Assembly (NCBI GenBank): GCA_964403245.1
Contig: CAYOEW010000001.1
Coordinates: 1 to 37,049 of the forward strand
Direction: 5' to 3'
Length of the DNA stretch: 37,049 bases
From: an uncultured Lachnospiraceae bacterium
Lineage (GTDB): Bacteria > Bacillota > Clostridia > Christensenellales > UBA1242
The notes below the pieces were generated by a model. The model did no database searches, had not been told where the DNA came from, and saw only the letters and a list, made by a program, of their open reading frames with translations. The translations under genes were made by a program, and so were the position numbers. Positions 9,701-19,178 of this stretch are shown one piece after another (within the stretch, counting starts at the first letter, position 1; every line of letters starts with the position of its first letter).

Positions 9701-9973
9701 AAAGAGAAATTGTCAAACCTTTTGTCTGATTGTGATTTCGACGATGAAATTTTGCTTCAAGGAATTGTTGACTTGTTTGTCGTGAAGGACGGGGAAATTA
9801 TTTTGGTGGACTATAAATATTCAAATTCAAATAATGATGAATATTTAATTTATAAATATAATACGCAATTAAAATTCTATAAAATGGCGATTGAAAATGC
9901 ATTTAATTTGCAGGTAAAACAAATTTATTTATTGTCATTAAAAAATTCACATTTAATTAAAATTAAATTGTGA
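6701..9973 (+). CDS. addA: ATP-dependent helicase/nuclease subunit A (AddA/RexA)
   Basis: ASAGSGKT, VDEYQDTN, VGDVKQGIYGFR, NFRS, KGLEYP, YVALTRA, nuclease QGIVDL...DYK. Confidence 0.95.
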   Translation: MRIEEQEKVLANNKKNMLVSASAGSGKTYIMIKYICKLICEDRIPVQEFLVLTFTKVAATEMKERLQSRLKEAGNDEFIISQLDALSTANISTIHSFCEKMLKKYANLVGLNENFAVADEAYSQKIRCMAFDDALKIMEKEKPDDFLTLVEVFKNDKEKIREIIFQIEEMANSVADREDFFAKCVEKGQYEKAEKYLYENYLKNLQKNINTIEKLHVFDFETKIKEALYPIFNSKNLCEIAKVEFSFPNLPKKKDVGEDVVKKLQSIKKDINKTLEKIQLLNLGDEENVEFQRNGVLEKQLVDLFKNYENRENLIKKSQNLLDFYDLEKYMSKLSQNENLFAGFKYVFVDEYQDTNKIQEKIIKNVAKNCNFVAVGDVKQGIYGFRLARPEIFLKDEVDFKNSDDGTVNYLQSNFRSSEKVLGFVNDIFKVCMTQESAGVDYEGTSMLRGMSKFEDDKQKAVTIDLVVPDEKVTQQLPDVYDVQNAPVDAVQKKSKILLDIKRRIQEVLESKIYVDGTFRDCKYSDIAICARKRGEFFDDLENFLIGEGIPVSSNSRNFLMDDVEIKMLVNFLKNALNMDDEVALLSCLLSPFCDLSLQEIQDEKGNENLCDIVKEDKNGKFQKFNKNLQNFRKNCIISGIKSAFLTLFEEIGYQSYINLRKPKSTPFVEKFLESISQSGFEFDLPALINYFEMVDIVVNGQVSAMADCVLLTTIHNTKGLEYPIVFLVGCDQSLSKAKPKSDIEINEEFGLAVKFYDKIDNNEVVGVKMRAIEHQKKKKDFVEELMIFYVALTRAKNRLYLFGQYNDSCFEKFDLEKCDSYFDFIFFALKNAKEKFLKDNFFEDENMQINLIEDIQQNPISSDEKLNNFEISSKNVEKIEKYLDFSYKFSEKQNFKLKESVTRLSQRNAENDFEKYSNENFSFAGAGVEIGNAYHLALKTLDFEKISSIEDLKREKTINNKIFCDIENLVDDKILLENILMLKTLTHGGTVMKEKEFVMKEKLSNLLSDCDFDDEILLQGIVDLFVVKDGEIILVDYKYSNSNNDEYLIYKYNTQLKFYKMAIENAFNLQVKQIYLLSLKNSHLIKIKL

Positions 9974-10136
9974 TTCGCCATATATTTAGGGAAGAAAAAA
10001 TGTTTTTATAAAGAATTTTTTCTTCTTTTTTTATCGTCAAAAAAAATAATAAAAAAATATTTAAAAAATTATTAAAAAATATTAGTAATTATTTTTTCGG
10101 TTGTGATATACTAAATACAAGTAACAGGAGGTTATT

Positions 10137-12500
10137 ATGTTTGCGGATATCGTGACAAACATCGTGGATTTATTTTCCAATTTGGCAAATCGTCTCACAG
10201 CAGATATGCTTTTTATCATTGCACTTGCCGTTGAAGCGTTGCTTGTGATTTTCTTTGTGGTGAAATCTTCTTTTTCATATGAAGCATCACTCAACAGAGC
10301 GCTTGACAAACTGAACTATTGGCTTTTTGAGAAAAAGGTTGTCACCGAAGACAACATCAAAGATTTGAACATGCTCTTCAAATTGAAAGCACCAAAAAGA
10401 CTTTGCTATTATTGGCAACAATACATACTTTTCAGAGAAGGTAACCCTTCTTCATATTTGTCAACCGAAAATTTGGTTGAGAAACCTTTGAAGACGAGTT
10501 CGTATAATTCAAACATCAAAAACCTTTCATTGTTTTCAACAATTTGGGCTTTCATTTCTGCACTCTTCATTTTGATTGTGTATGCTGTTTCTGCAAACGC
10601 ACTCACTGGTCTTGCTGTTGCACAAGCAATGCTTGTTGCGCTTATCGTTGCACTGATTGGTTTGATTTTTGTGGTTTACATGCGCGCAAGAAAAAATGCT
10701 GTGCTCAATTCTTTATATCAAAATGTTTCACTTTTTGGAAGATTTATGGACAATGCATGCATTGACCTTCCGTCATATATTGACTATCAAATCTTGTTCA
10801 CTCCACAAGAAATTGAAAAAGGACAACCTGTTCTTCGTGAGTTCTTGGACTATAAGGCAAGAAAAGAGAAGGAAGAATTCAACAAGGCGAAGGAAGATGA
10901 AGTTCAACACGAAACATATGACTTCTCATCAACCGGAATTGATGGCTCGATTATGCTTGAAAGAGCAATGAAGGAAAGTGAACTTTTCCTTAAAAAGAAA
11001 GAAAAGATTTTGGTTAAAGTTGCTCAACTCGAAGCAGAACTCGACAGCAGAAGAAAGAATTTTGATAATGTTCAGAAGGAATATCAAACAAAGATTCAAG
11101 CATCAAAAGAAAACGTTGTTCGTTTACGTCAGATGCAAGAAGAAACAACAAACAGAATTGAAAGCAACTACTATCGCAAACAACAAACCCAAGAAATTGG
11201 AAAACAAGAGCAGTTGGAACAAGAATTTGAAGGAATTCGCGCAAAATATCTTTTGGAAAAAGGTGAAGGCGAAGAAGAAATCAAAAAGCTTAACGATGAA
11301 CTTGAAAGAAACAGAAATGAAGTTGAAAACAACATGTTGGGACAATATCAAGCATTTTTTGACAAGTTCTGTAAGAGCGCTGAAAAGGTTGTTGCAAAGG
11401 CATTTGGTGAGAAATTTGAATCTCTTAAGGCTGAAAATGAAAGAGATAAACAATATATAACCGAACTTGAAATCAAACTCAAAAATGTTCCACAAGGACA
11501 ATATGATGCTGAAACCGGACAAAACGAGAAGGAAAATTCAAACGAAGGCGCTTATGACGAAAATGGAAATTATGTTTACGCCAACGGAACATTCTATGAC
11601 AAGGATGGAAACTTCCACGATTTGAACGGAAATGTTTATTCTCAAGACGGAACTTTGATTTCTGCTCCAGCAGAACAACCACCTGTGGAAGAAGTTAAGG
11701 AAGAAAAACAAGTTGTTGATTTTGACAGTTTTGACAGTTTTGATTTTATGACTGACGACACTGTTAAGGGTGACATATATGGCGTTGCAGAAAAAATCAT
11801 CGACCAAGTTGACAAAGATGATGAAATTGAAGTTATAAACAGTTCTTCCAAATCAACATTTGTTGAAGAGAAAAAGGAAGAACCACAAGAAACAATCACT
11901 GAAGAAACCAAAGTCAATGAAGAAGTTGAAAACTTCGAAGAAGATGAAGTTGAACAGGAAATTGTGGAAGAAAAACCAAGAAAGAAGGCGGGCAGACCAA
12001 GAAAAGTTGTTGAACAAATTGAAACCCCAAAACCAGCCGGAAAACGCGGACGTCCAAGAAAGACGGATGCTCAAGTTGAAACTCCAGCAAAGAAGGTTGG
12101 CAGACCGAAAAAACAGGTGACAGAAACTTCACAAGACACCGAAAAACGAAAGGTTGGAAGACCAAAAAAGATTGTTAAAGAACAAACCGAAACAGCAAAA
12201 AGAGGTCGCGGGCGTCCAAGAAAAGTTGAGATTGAAGAAATTGACAAAAAACTTTCTGAAGAAGAAGCAAGAATTCAGCAAATTCGTTCGTCAATCAACA
12301 AAGAGTTGGAACAAGCCGTAAATGGAATTGAAAGAAAAACGGCAGACACAAAGCAAGAAAGACGCGACAGAATTTTGAAGGAGATTGACAAACTTCAAGA
12401 AGAAGCAAAACAGGCAATGGCAACAGGTTCTGAAGGAAAACTTGAAGAAATCAACCAAAAACTTGAAGGATTGCTTTTGGAAATCAACAATTTGGGATAA
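10137..12500 (+). CDS. Membrane-anchored coiled-coil protein with five AT-hook motifs; function unknown
   Basis: RBS AGGAGG; three hydrophobic segments in the first ~185 aa; long E/K/Q coiled coil; GRP(R/K)K x5 near the C-terminus. Confidence 0.8.
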   Translation: MFADIVTNIVDLFSNLANRLTADMLFIIALAVEALLVIFFVVKSSFSYEASLNRALDKLNYWLFEKKVVTEDNIKDLNMLFKLKAPKRLCYYWQQYILFREGNPSSYLSTENLVEKPLKTSSYNSNIKNLSLFSTIWAFISALFILIVYAVSANALTGLAVAQAMLVALIVALIGLIFVVYMRARKNAVLNSLYQNVSLFGRFMDNACIDLPSYIDYQILFTPQEIEKGQPVLREFLDYKARKEKEEFNKAKEDEVQHETYDFSSTGIDGSIMLERAMKESELFLKKKEKILVKVAQLEAELDSRRKNFDNVQKEYQTKIQASKENVVRLRQMQEETTNRIESNYYRKQQTQEIGKQEQLEQEFEGIRAKYLLEKGEGEEEIKKLNDELERNRNEVENNMLGQYQAFFDKFCKSAEKVVAKAFGEKFESLKAENERDKQYITELEIKLKNVPQGQYDAETGQNEKENSNEGAYDENGNYVYANGTFYDKDGNFHDLNGNVYSQDGTLISAPAEQPPVEEVKEEKQVVDFDSFDSFDFMTDDTVKGDIYGVAEKIIDQVDKDDEIEVINSSSKSTFVEEKKEEPQETITEETKVNEEVENFEEDEVEQEIVEEKPRKKAGRPRKVVEQIETPKPAGKRGRPRKTDAQVETPAKKVGRPKKQVTETSQDTEKRKVGRPKKIVKEQTETAKRGRGRPRKVEIEEIDKKLSEEEARIQQIRSSINKELEQAVNGIERKTADTKQERRDRILKEIDKLQEEAKQAMATGSEGKLEEINQKLEGLLLEINNLG

Positions 12501-12505
12501 AAAAG

Positions 12506-12533
12506 AAAAACATCGAATTTTCGATGTTTTTTT
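12506..12533 (+). terminator. Bidirectional intrinsic terminator
   Basis: AAAAACATCGA-ATTT-TCGATGTTTTT between convergent genes. Confidence 0.8.
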
Positions 12534-12574
12534 GTTGCAATAAATGTTTTGAAAAATTCAAAAACAAGTTGATT

Positions 12575-12868
12575 TCAGAAAAGAACAATCAATCCGTTGA
12601 TTACACCATACACCAACAATCCGATTGATGCAAGAATGAAAATTGTTCCCAAACTGAAGTTGAGTAGTGTGGATTTTGTGCGAGAGTGTGCTCGGTTGTA
12701 GGCACCATTATACCAAAGTGCAAGCCCGACAAAATATGAAACATATGTCACTGCAAGATAAAGGTCCATTCCCTTGATGATGTTGAAATAATGAAGGACA
12801 GCAAAGCAAATTGCCGTCAAACTCAAAATTATGCCCAAGGATAAATATTTTTTTGCACTTGCGCTCAT
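12575..12868 (-). CDS. Small membrane protein (about 3 TM)
   Basis: RBS AAGGAG; three hydrophobic stretches in 97 aa. Confidence 0.75.
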   Translation of the reverse strand: MSASAKKYLSLGIILSLTAICFAVLHYFNIIKGMDLYLAVTYVSYFVGLALWYNGAYNRAHSRTKSTLLNFSLGTIFILASIGLLVYGVINGLIVLF

Positions 12869-12944
12869 AAAAATCTCCTTTTGATGTTATAATGATAAAT
12901 TTTTTGTCGAAATATGTCAAACAAATTCCAAATTTTTTGCCATT

Positions 12945-13790
12945 TTAGTCAAAATCTGGGGTGTAAGAGTCGTTTGCGCTGTCAAAATCTTGAATATAAC
13001 CATTTGATAAACCCAATTTTTGCATATGTGCAAGCACAGTTTTGTATTCAATCGGTTTGAGTTTTCTGTCAAGTGAACTTTTTCCGTTTGGAGTAAATTG
13101 ACTCATGATGCTGACCATTCGATTTGGAAAATTCTCTTTGATCGAGTTTAGGACATTGAAAGAGTTGTCAATGTATCCAGGCAGGACAAGATGACGGATG
13201 ATGACTCCTTGCTTCATAAATTCTCCTTCGAAAACATCTGGCTTTTCTTGACACATCATTTTGATTGAAGGAAGTGCGCAGGAAAAATAGTCGTTTACTT
13301 TTGAAAATTTTGCGCCAACAATGTCATCACCATATTTGAAATCCGCCAAAAACACGTCAACAAATTTGCTGACTTTTTTGATGTTGTCTGTTGTTTCATA
13401 ACTGTTTGTATTCCAAATGACAGGAATTTTTTTGTTGAATTTTTCAAAAACTTTGCACAGTTCATCCGAAAAATGTGTTGGTGTGACAAGGTCAATTGAT
13501 GAGTGATTGTCTTGATTTTCTTCCAAAAATGTGCGCAGTTTTTCCACACTGAAAGGCTGACCAGTTCCGCCGTGGGAGATTTTGTGATTTTGGCAATAGT
13601 CACATCTCAAATTGCAACCAGAAAAAAAGATGGCAAGAGCGCCCTTTTCTCCTGTCACACAGGGCTCTTCAAACATGAAATTTTTGACAATTTTTGCAAT
13701 TTTGATTGTTTGATTTTCGTTACAAAAACCAACATTCATTTTGCGGTCGATTTGGCATTGTCTGGGACAAATTTTGCAAAGATTTTTCAT
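12945..13790 (-). CDS. Radical SAM protein, PflX-like (pyruvate formate-lyase activating enzyme family)
   Basis: CKICPRQC...GFC N-terminus, EEPC, FFSGCNLRCDYCQN (CxxxCxxC), RHLVLPG; start placed at ATG 13790. Confidence 0.85.
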   Translation of the reverse strand: MKNLCKICPRQCQIDRKMNVGFCNENQTIKIAKIVKNFMFEEPCVTGEKGALAIFFSGCNLRCDYCQNHKISHGGTGQPFSVEKLRTFLEENQDNHSSIDLVTPTHFSDELCKVFEKFNKKIPVIWNTNSYETTDNIKKVSKFVDVFLADFKYGDDIVGAKFSKVNDYFSCALPSIKMMCQEKPDVFEGEFMKQGVIIRHLVLPGYIDNSFNVLNSIKENFPNRMVSIMSQFTPNGKSSLDRKLKPIEYKTVLAHMQKLGLSNGYIQDFDSANDSYTPDFD

Positions 13791-13915
13791 ATGTGACATT
13801 TTATCACAAAACATCAAAAAATCCAACTTATTTGAATTTATGTATAAAGACTGGACATTTTTTTTAATATATGCTAAAATATGCACATAAATTTATTTAT
13901 AAGGAGATTTTTATT

Positions 13916-15295
13916 TTGAGTCACCCCAGTACGCTTTTAGCAGTTCAGTTTAACACAGTTCACGGACTTTTGATTTTTGGAATCGTCATTTTGCTTATTT
14001 TGAGTGCATTCTTTTCGTCGTCGGAAACAGCGCTTACTTCCATGAATTTGATAAGAATTCGCACCATGGCGGAGAACAAAGTTAAGGGGGCAAGAAAAGC
14101 TCTTTATCTTGCAGAACATTCGGACAGAGTTTTGACGACAATTTTGGTTGGAAACAACATTGTCAACATTTTGTCAACGACAATTTGTGCATATCTTCTC
14201 TCGCAGTTTATTGAAAACGCTGCACTTTTGAACGTTTTGAACACGGTTGTGATGACAATCATCATTTTGATTACCGGTGAAATTTTGCCAAAGGCACTTG
14301 CAAAAACAAATCCAGAAAAGTTTGCTGTCAAACTTGCTGGACCTGTATATTTTTTGACGAAAGCACTTTATCCACTTGTCATTCCTTTTTATGGAATCCA
14401 AAAGTTGTTTACGAAAAACCGCAAAAATGATGCAACATCAGTCACCGTCACAGAAGATGAACTTGAAAGTATCATCGACACAATGGAAGAAGAAGGTGTG
14501 CTTGAAAATGGAGAAACAGACATCCTTCAAGGCGCACTCAAAATCAAGGAAGTTACCGCTCATGACATCATGACTCACCGCGTTGACGTTGTTTTTTTGA
14601 ATGTGGAAAGCAGTGCGGACGAGATTGAGAAGGCTTTTGTTGAACATCAATATTCGAGAATTCCAATCTATCGCGACAATACGGACAATGTGGTTGGACT
14701 CTTGCACATCAAGGACTATTTCAATGCCAAAATCGCAGGCAAGAACATCGTGCTTAAAGAAATCATGACAAAACCTTTGTTTACGGCGGAAAATACGAAT
14801 GTTGACACACTTATTCATGACATGCAAAAAGCGAAAAAACATTTGGCAGTTGTGTTGGATGAAAATGGTGGGGTTTCCGGAATTGTGACAATGGAAGACT
14901 GCACAGAAACAGTGTTTGGTGAAATCTATGATGAAACCGACCAAGATGAAAAAGAACCAATTTTTGAACAAGTTGGAGATGATGAATATAACATTGACGC
15001 TGACATCACCGTTGAAGATTTGTTTGAAAGACTTGAAATTGAGAATGTGCCAGAAAATCCATATCAAACAATCAACTCATTTTTGTTTGAACTTTCAGAA
15101 GATGTTCCGGAAGTTGGGGCAAAATATGAATATCTCACAATTGACGAAATTATTGACGATGAAGGGTTTTTGACACAACACAGAATTCAGATGATTTTCA
15201 AGGTAATCAAAATGGATGGGCACAGAGTTGAAATGGTCAATCTGAAACTTAATTATCTTGATGACCTTTCAAGTGAGAAAGAAGATAAGGAATAA
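13916..15295 (+). CDS. HlyC/CorC (CNNM) family membrane protein with CBS pair
   Basis: SAFFSSSETA, TILVGNNIVN, GEILPK, YSRIPIY, VLDENGGVSGIVTMED...GEIYDE; TTG start 13916 after AAGGAG. Confidence 0.9.
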   Translation: MSHPSTLLAVQFNTVHGLLIFGIVILLILSAFFSSSETALTSMNLIRIRTMAENKVKGARKALYLAEHSDRVLTTILVGNNIVNILSTTICAYLLSQFIENAALLNVLNTVVMTIIILITGEILPKALAKTNPEKFAVKLAGPVYFLTKALYPLVIPFYGIQKLFTKNRKNDATSVTVTEDELESIIDTMEEEGVLENGETDILQGALKIKEVTAHDIMTHRVDVVFLNVESSADEIEKAFVEHQYSRIPIYRDNTDNVVGLLHIKDYFNAKIAGKNIVLKEIMTKPLFTAENTNVDTLIHDMQKAKKHLAVVLDENGGVSGIVTMEDCTETVFGEIYDETDQDEKEPIFEQVGDDEYNIDADITVEDLFERLEIENVPENPYQTINSFLFELSEDVPEVGAKYEYLTIDEIIDDEGFLTQHRIQMIFKVIKMDGHRVEMVNLKLNYLDDLSSEKEDKE

Positions 15296-15299
15296 TGAG

Positions 15300-15326
15300 A
15301 AAAGATGTCGTTTGGCATCTTTTTTT
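15300..15326 (+). terminator. Intrinsic terminator
   Basis: AAAAGATGTC-GTTT-GGCATCTTTT plus T tract. Confidence 0.75.
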
Positions 15327-15419
15327 GTTGCATATTTTTCAAAATATTTGAACGTTTTGCGCAAGACTAATGGTGCTTGATTAACTTTTTTTGACATCTG
15401 TCGCATAATAAATATTCAA

Positions 15420-16373
15420 ATGAGAAATAAATTGAAACAACTTAAAAAAATCAAAAAATTGATTTCAAACACTCCGCTTGTTCAAATTGAATATGATTTT
15501 GAAGGAAAAACGCATTTTGTGTATGCAAAATGTGAGTGGTTTTCACTTACTGGAAGCATAAAAGACAAGGTGGCGTATCAGATTTTTTATGATGCCTATC
15601 GAAGCGGAAAAATCAAAAGTGGGGACAGATTTGTTGAAGTTTCAAGTGGCAATATGGGAATTTCTCTGTGTGCAATTGGAAATCTTCTTGGAAATCCCGC
15701 AACAATCATCATGCCAAAATCAATGAGTGAAGAGAGAAAGAAACTCATCAGGCTCTATGGGGCGACTTTGATTGAAAGTGATGATTTTTCATCTGCTTTT
15801 GCGCTGGCGAAAAGATATGTTGAAATGGGATATTTCTGCCCAAACCAATTTGAAAATGAGAGTAATGTCAAAATCCACCAAAATGTTACTGCAAAAGAAA
15901 TTTGCAAAAAAATATCAAACTTGCATGTGGATTATTTTGTTTCTGGTGTTGGGACTGGCGGAACTTTGTCTGGAATTGGAAGTGTTTTGAAGAAAAAAAT
16001 GAATGTGAGCGTTTTGGCAATTGAACCAGCACAGGCACGAGTTCTTTCGGGCGAAAGACCTTTTTGTCGCCACAAAATTCAAGGGATAAGCGATGAGATT
16101 GTGCCAAAACTTTATGACGAAGATATTGTCGACAAAATTTTTCCAATTTGTGACGAAGACGCGATTGCGATGAGTCAAAAACTTTGCAAAACTCTTTCTT
16201 TGGGTGTGGGGATTTCAAGTGGTGCAAATTTTTTGGGAGCGGTTCTTTCTGGTGGGGACTGTGTGACAGTTTTTGCGGACGACAACAAAAAATATCTTTC
16301 CACTGACCTTTCAAAACCGCTCAAATCAAAACTTGTTGAGAAAATTAAATTGAAAAGTTTGAAAATTTTATAA
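15420..16373 (+). CDS. cysK: Cysteine synthase family PLP enzyme
   Basis: NTPLV, GSIKDK (PLP Lys), SSGNMG, NQFEN, GVGTGGT, HKIQGI, GISSGA. Confidence 0.85.
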   Translation: MRNKLKQLKKIKKLISNTPLVQIEYDFEGKTHFVYAKCEWFSLTGSIKDKVAYQIFYDAYRSGKIKSGDRFVEVSSGNMGISLCAIGNLLGNPATIIMPKSMSEERKKLIRLYGATLIESDDFSSAFALAKRYVEMGYFCPNQFENESNVKIHQNVTAKEICKKISNLHVDYFVSGVGTGGTLSGIGSVLKKKMNVSVLAIEPAQARVLSGERPFCRHKIQGISDEIVPKLYDEDIVDKIFPICDEDAIAMSQKLCKTLSLGVGISSGANFLGAVLSGGDCVTVFADDNKKYLSTDLSKPLKSKLVEKIKLKSLKIL

Positions 16374-16497
16374 AAAAATCCAAACTAGTCACATTTTTTT
16401 CTTAGGGAATTTTAAATTCATTGCTTTACTTTGAAATTTGATTATGCTATCATATTTCTATAATAATTTGTGAAATCAAATTCCGGGAGAGAAACAG

Positions 16498-18471
16498 GTG
16501 AAAAAATTTGCAAAATTGTTGATTATATTGTTTTTGCCACTTTGTTTAGCAATGTTTTTTGTTGGACAAAATCCGATTGGATTTGTTGAAGCGGAAGAAG
16601 TTCATATAGATGCAGAAACAACAAACAAGCCAAGCGAAAACAGTCAATATTCGTGGCTTGACTATGTGATTGATGCCTACAATGTGGATATTGTGGTTGG
16701 AGAAAACAATGTTTACTATATCACAGAAACAATAACTGCATATTTTAATGTTAAAAAACACGGGATATATCGTTACATTCCAGTTTTGAACAAGATTTAT
16801 CGAACAGACGGAAGCACTCATGAATATTTGGCAAAAATTGGTGATGTCAAGGTTAATTGCAGTTATTCCAAAGAGTATAACAACAACAATTTGTCGCTCA
16901 AAATTGGAGATCCAGATTCTTATTTGACTGGCAAAAAGACCTATAAAATTTCCTATTCGTTTGAAGTCGGCAAAGACGGACTTAAAGGTGCAGATGAATT
17001 TTATTTTAATATTATTGGAACAGAATGGGATACTGTGATTGGAAATGTGTCATTCAACATCACCATGCCAAGCGAATTTGATGCTGGCAAGTTGGGTTTT
17101 GCTCATGGAGAGATTGGGGATACAAACAGTGACGGGATTTCATACACTGTAAACGAAAACAAGATTTCCGGTTCATATGATGGAGTTTTGGCAAAAAACG
17201 AAGGTTTGACAATTCGTCTTGAATTGCCTGATGGCTATTTTTCACACAAAGCATATAGTTACAAATGTGTGTATTTCATCATTCCAATTCTTTGTGCATT
17301 GATTGTGTTTTTGTTGTGGCTTAAATTTGGAAAAGATGACAAAGTTGTTAAAACAGTTGAATTTTTCCCGCCGGACAATTTGAACAGTGTTGAATTGGCG
17401 TTTAAATATCGAGGTCGGATTAACCACAAAGATGTGAGTTCAATGCTTGTGTATTTGGCAAGTAAGGGATATATCAAAATAACTGACGAAACACCTGAAA
17501 ACAGAAAAGCGAGTGGATTTAATAACGAAAAGTTTATCACAATTGAAAAATTGAAAGAATATGATGGACAAAATGTGCAAGAAAAAGATTTTATGCTTGG
17601 CTTGTTTGAAGAAGAAGATAAAATCACATTAGACAAGATTCCAAAAAATTTTTACCAAATTGTTAATGATATAATAAAAGATGTTTCATCCAAGGAAAAT
17701 AGGGAGGAAATCATCAAAGATAATTCGCACATTTTTTGGACTTCAATTGTTCTTATGTTGATTTCAAGTCTTCTCTTGGTCTTATTTCCAACTTTGGACT
17801 ATTATAAATATATAACGTTTTCAAGTGGGCTTATTATGGTGGCTGGTTTATTTTTGCCATTTTTGTTCGGCGCAGTTTTTATAACTGTGATATTGAAAAG
17901 AGAGACCTCTTATAGAACATTATTCTTTGTGATGATTGTTGTTAGTTTTATTTTAGGTATTTTACCATTGTCGATGATATCCCCAATAGGAGCTGTATTA
18001 AAGCATGACGTGACATATTTGATTGGATTTATTGTGGGAATCATTTGCGATGGTGTGCAATTGCTGTGTGTTTTATATATAAAGAAACGCACCGAAAAAG
18101 GCAACCAAATTCTTGGGAAGATTTTGGGATTTAAAGCATTTTTGGAAACAGCCGAAAAGGATAGACTTGAAGCATTGGTAAAGGAAAATCCAACCTATTT
18201 TTATGATATTTTGCCATACACATATGTTTTGGGGGTATCTGAAAAATGGATAGATAAGTTTGAAAACATCGCGATTCCACCAGCGGATTGGTATGTGGGC
18301 GATTGTTTTACAAGTTCAACATGGTTACATTCACTCAACACCACAATGACAACCTCTGTGTCATCAATAACTTCTACAACACGATTTTCTGGTGGTGGAT
18401 CCGGGTCTGGAGGTTTCGGTGGTGGCTCATCCGGCGGAGGCGGAGGAGGTGGCGGTGGAAGTTCTTGGTAA
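16498..18471 (+). CDS. DUF2207-family membrane protein
   Basis: Signal peptide, HGIYRYIP, FYFNIIGTEW, LASKGYI, ILPYTYVLGV, Gly/Ser tail ending GGGGSSW. Confidence 0.85.
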   Translation: MKKFAKLLIILFLPLCLAMFFVGQNPIGFVEAEEVHIDAETTNKPSENSQYSWLDYVIDAYNVDIVVGENNVYYITETITAYFNVKKHGIYRYIPVLNKIYRTDGSTHEYLAKIGDVKVNCSYSKEYNNNNLSLKIGDPDSYLTGKKTYKISYSFEVGKDGLKGADEFYFNIIGTEWDTVIGNVSFNITMPSEFDAGKLGFAHGEIGDTNSDGISYTVNENKISGSYDGVLAKNEGLTIRLELPDGYFSHKAYSYKCVYFIIPILCALIVFLLWLKFGKDDKVVKTVEFFPPDNLNSVELAFKYRGRINHKDVSSMLVYLASKGYIKITDETPENRKASGFNNEKFITIEKLKEYDGQNVQEKDFMLGLFEEEDKITLDKIPKNFYQIVNDIIKDVSSKENREEIIKDNSHIFWTSIVLMLISSLLLVLFPTLDYYKYITFSSGLIMVAGLFLPFLFGAVFITVILKRETSYRTLFFVMIVVSFILGILPLSMISPIGAVLKHDVTYLIGFIVGIICDGVQLLCVLYIKKRTEKGNQILGKILGFKAFLETAEKDRLEALVKENPTYFYDILPYTYVLGVSEKWIDKFENIAIPPADWYVGDCFTSSTWLHSLNTTMTTSVSSITSTTRFSGGGSGSGGFGGGSSGGGGGGGGGSSW

Positions 18472-18629
18472 CTTCACTTCGCACTAAAAAAAGATTGGTT
18501 TGTGATTTTTGAAACCAACAAAATGGTCAAAAAAAACAAGAGCATATTTTAGGGATAACCCTTTAAATGCTCTTTTTTGTTGCGTAAAATTGTTGTATAT
18601 TTTGATTTTTTAACATGTCAAAGCATCCA

Positions 18630-19178
18630 CTAGACAATATTTAGCAATTCGATAAATTCCTGCTCTGTTATGTTTTTATAATATAACTCTGTTAATGAGG
18701 ATTGAAGATATTGAATTTTTAAATCAAAATTTTGAGTATCAGTTATTGTATATTCTTGAAAATAGTTTTGATTCAAAATATCCCCCAATGAGCAAATCAA
18801 GACTCCATCTTTCTCATAACTGATTTGACCATCAAAAGAAGACCTATAAACTTTTATCCAATCATCTTCACTTGCGAATTCCCATTCTTTTAAGTAGTTG
18901 TTTTTAATATGTTTTTTCATAAATTTTAATGGGTGAAAATCTTTTTCATATGTTTTTTTATTCAATTTTTTCGCTATAGTTAATATTCTTTCTTTCTCAA
19001 TTGGCAATTCATTATCTTGCAATTTAACAATTTTTTTAATGATTGCAATATTGACAATTGCACCTTTAAAAACAGGTGCTTCCACAATATCCCCAACATG
19101 AAATGTCCCTTTACTTTTATATATCCATTCTGCTGAACTGTCCTTAAACTGCACATACAAATATGTTTCTTTTTTCAT
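18630..19178 (-). CDS. Hypothetical protein downstream of tRNA-Leu; N-terminus resembles a PriA 3'-DNA-binding/SH3-like module
   Basis: 182-aa AT-rich ORF; YVQF...WIYK...VGDIVEAPV...IAII...ILTI pattern. Confidence 0.65.
   Translation of the reverse strand: MKKETYLYVQFKDSSAEWIYKSKGTFHVGDIVEAPVFKGAIVNIAIIKKIVKLQDNELPIEKERILTIAKKLNKKTYEKDFHPLKFMKKHIKNNYLKEWEFASEDDWIKVYRSSFDGQISYEKDGVLICSLGDILNQNYFQEYTITDTQNFDLKIQYLQSSLTELYYKNITEQEFIELLNIV

Noticed and set aside
3682-9973. Helicase-nuclease pair as a defence system
   Set aside because: Motifs and gene order match housekeeping AddAB
10137-12500. Zorya (ZorA) defence system
   Set aside because: TM plus coiled-coil layout is similar, but there is no adjacent ZorB/MotB-like gene and no clear MotA/ExbB signature
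14438-15067. 209-aa minus-strand ORF
   Set aside because: Antisense to the CNNM/CBS gene
18388-18468. GC-rich GGN repeat
   Set aside because: Normal Gly/Ser tail of DUF2207 proteins
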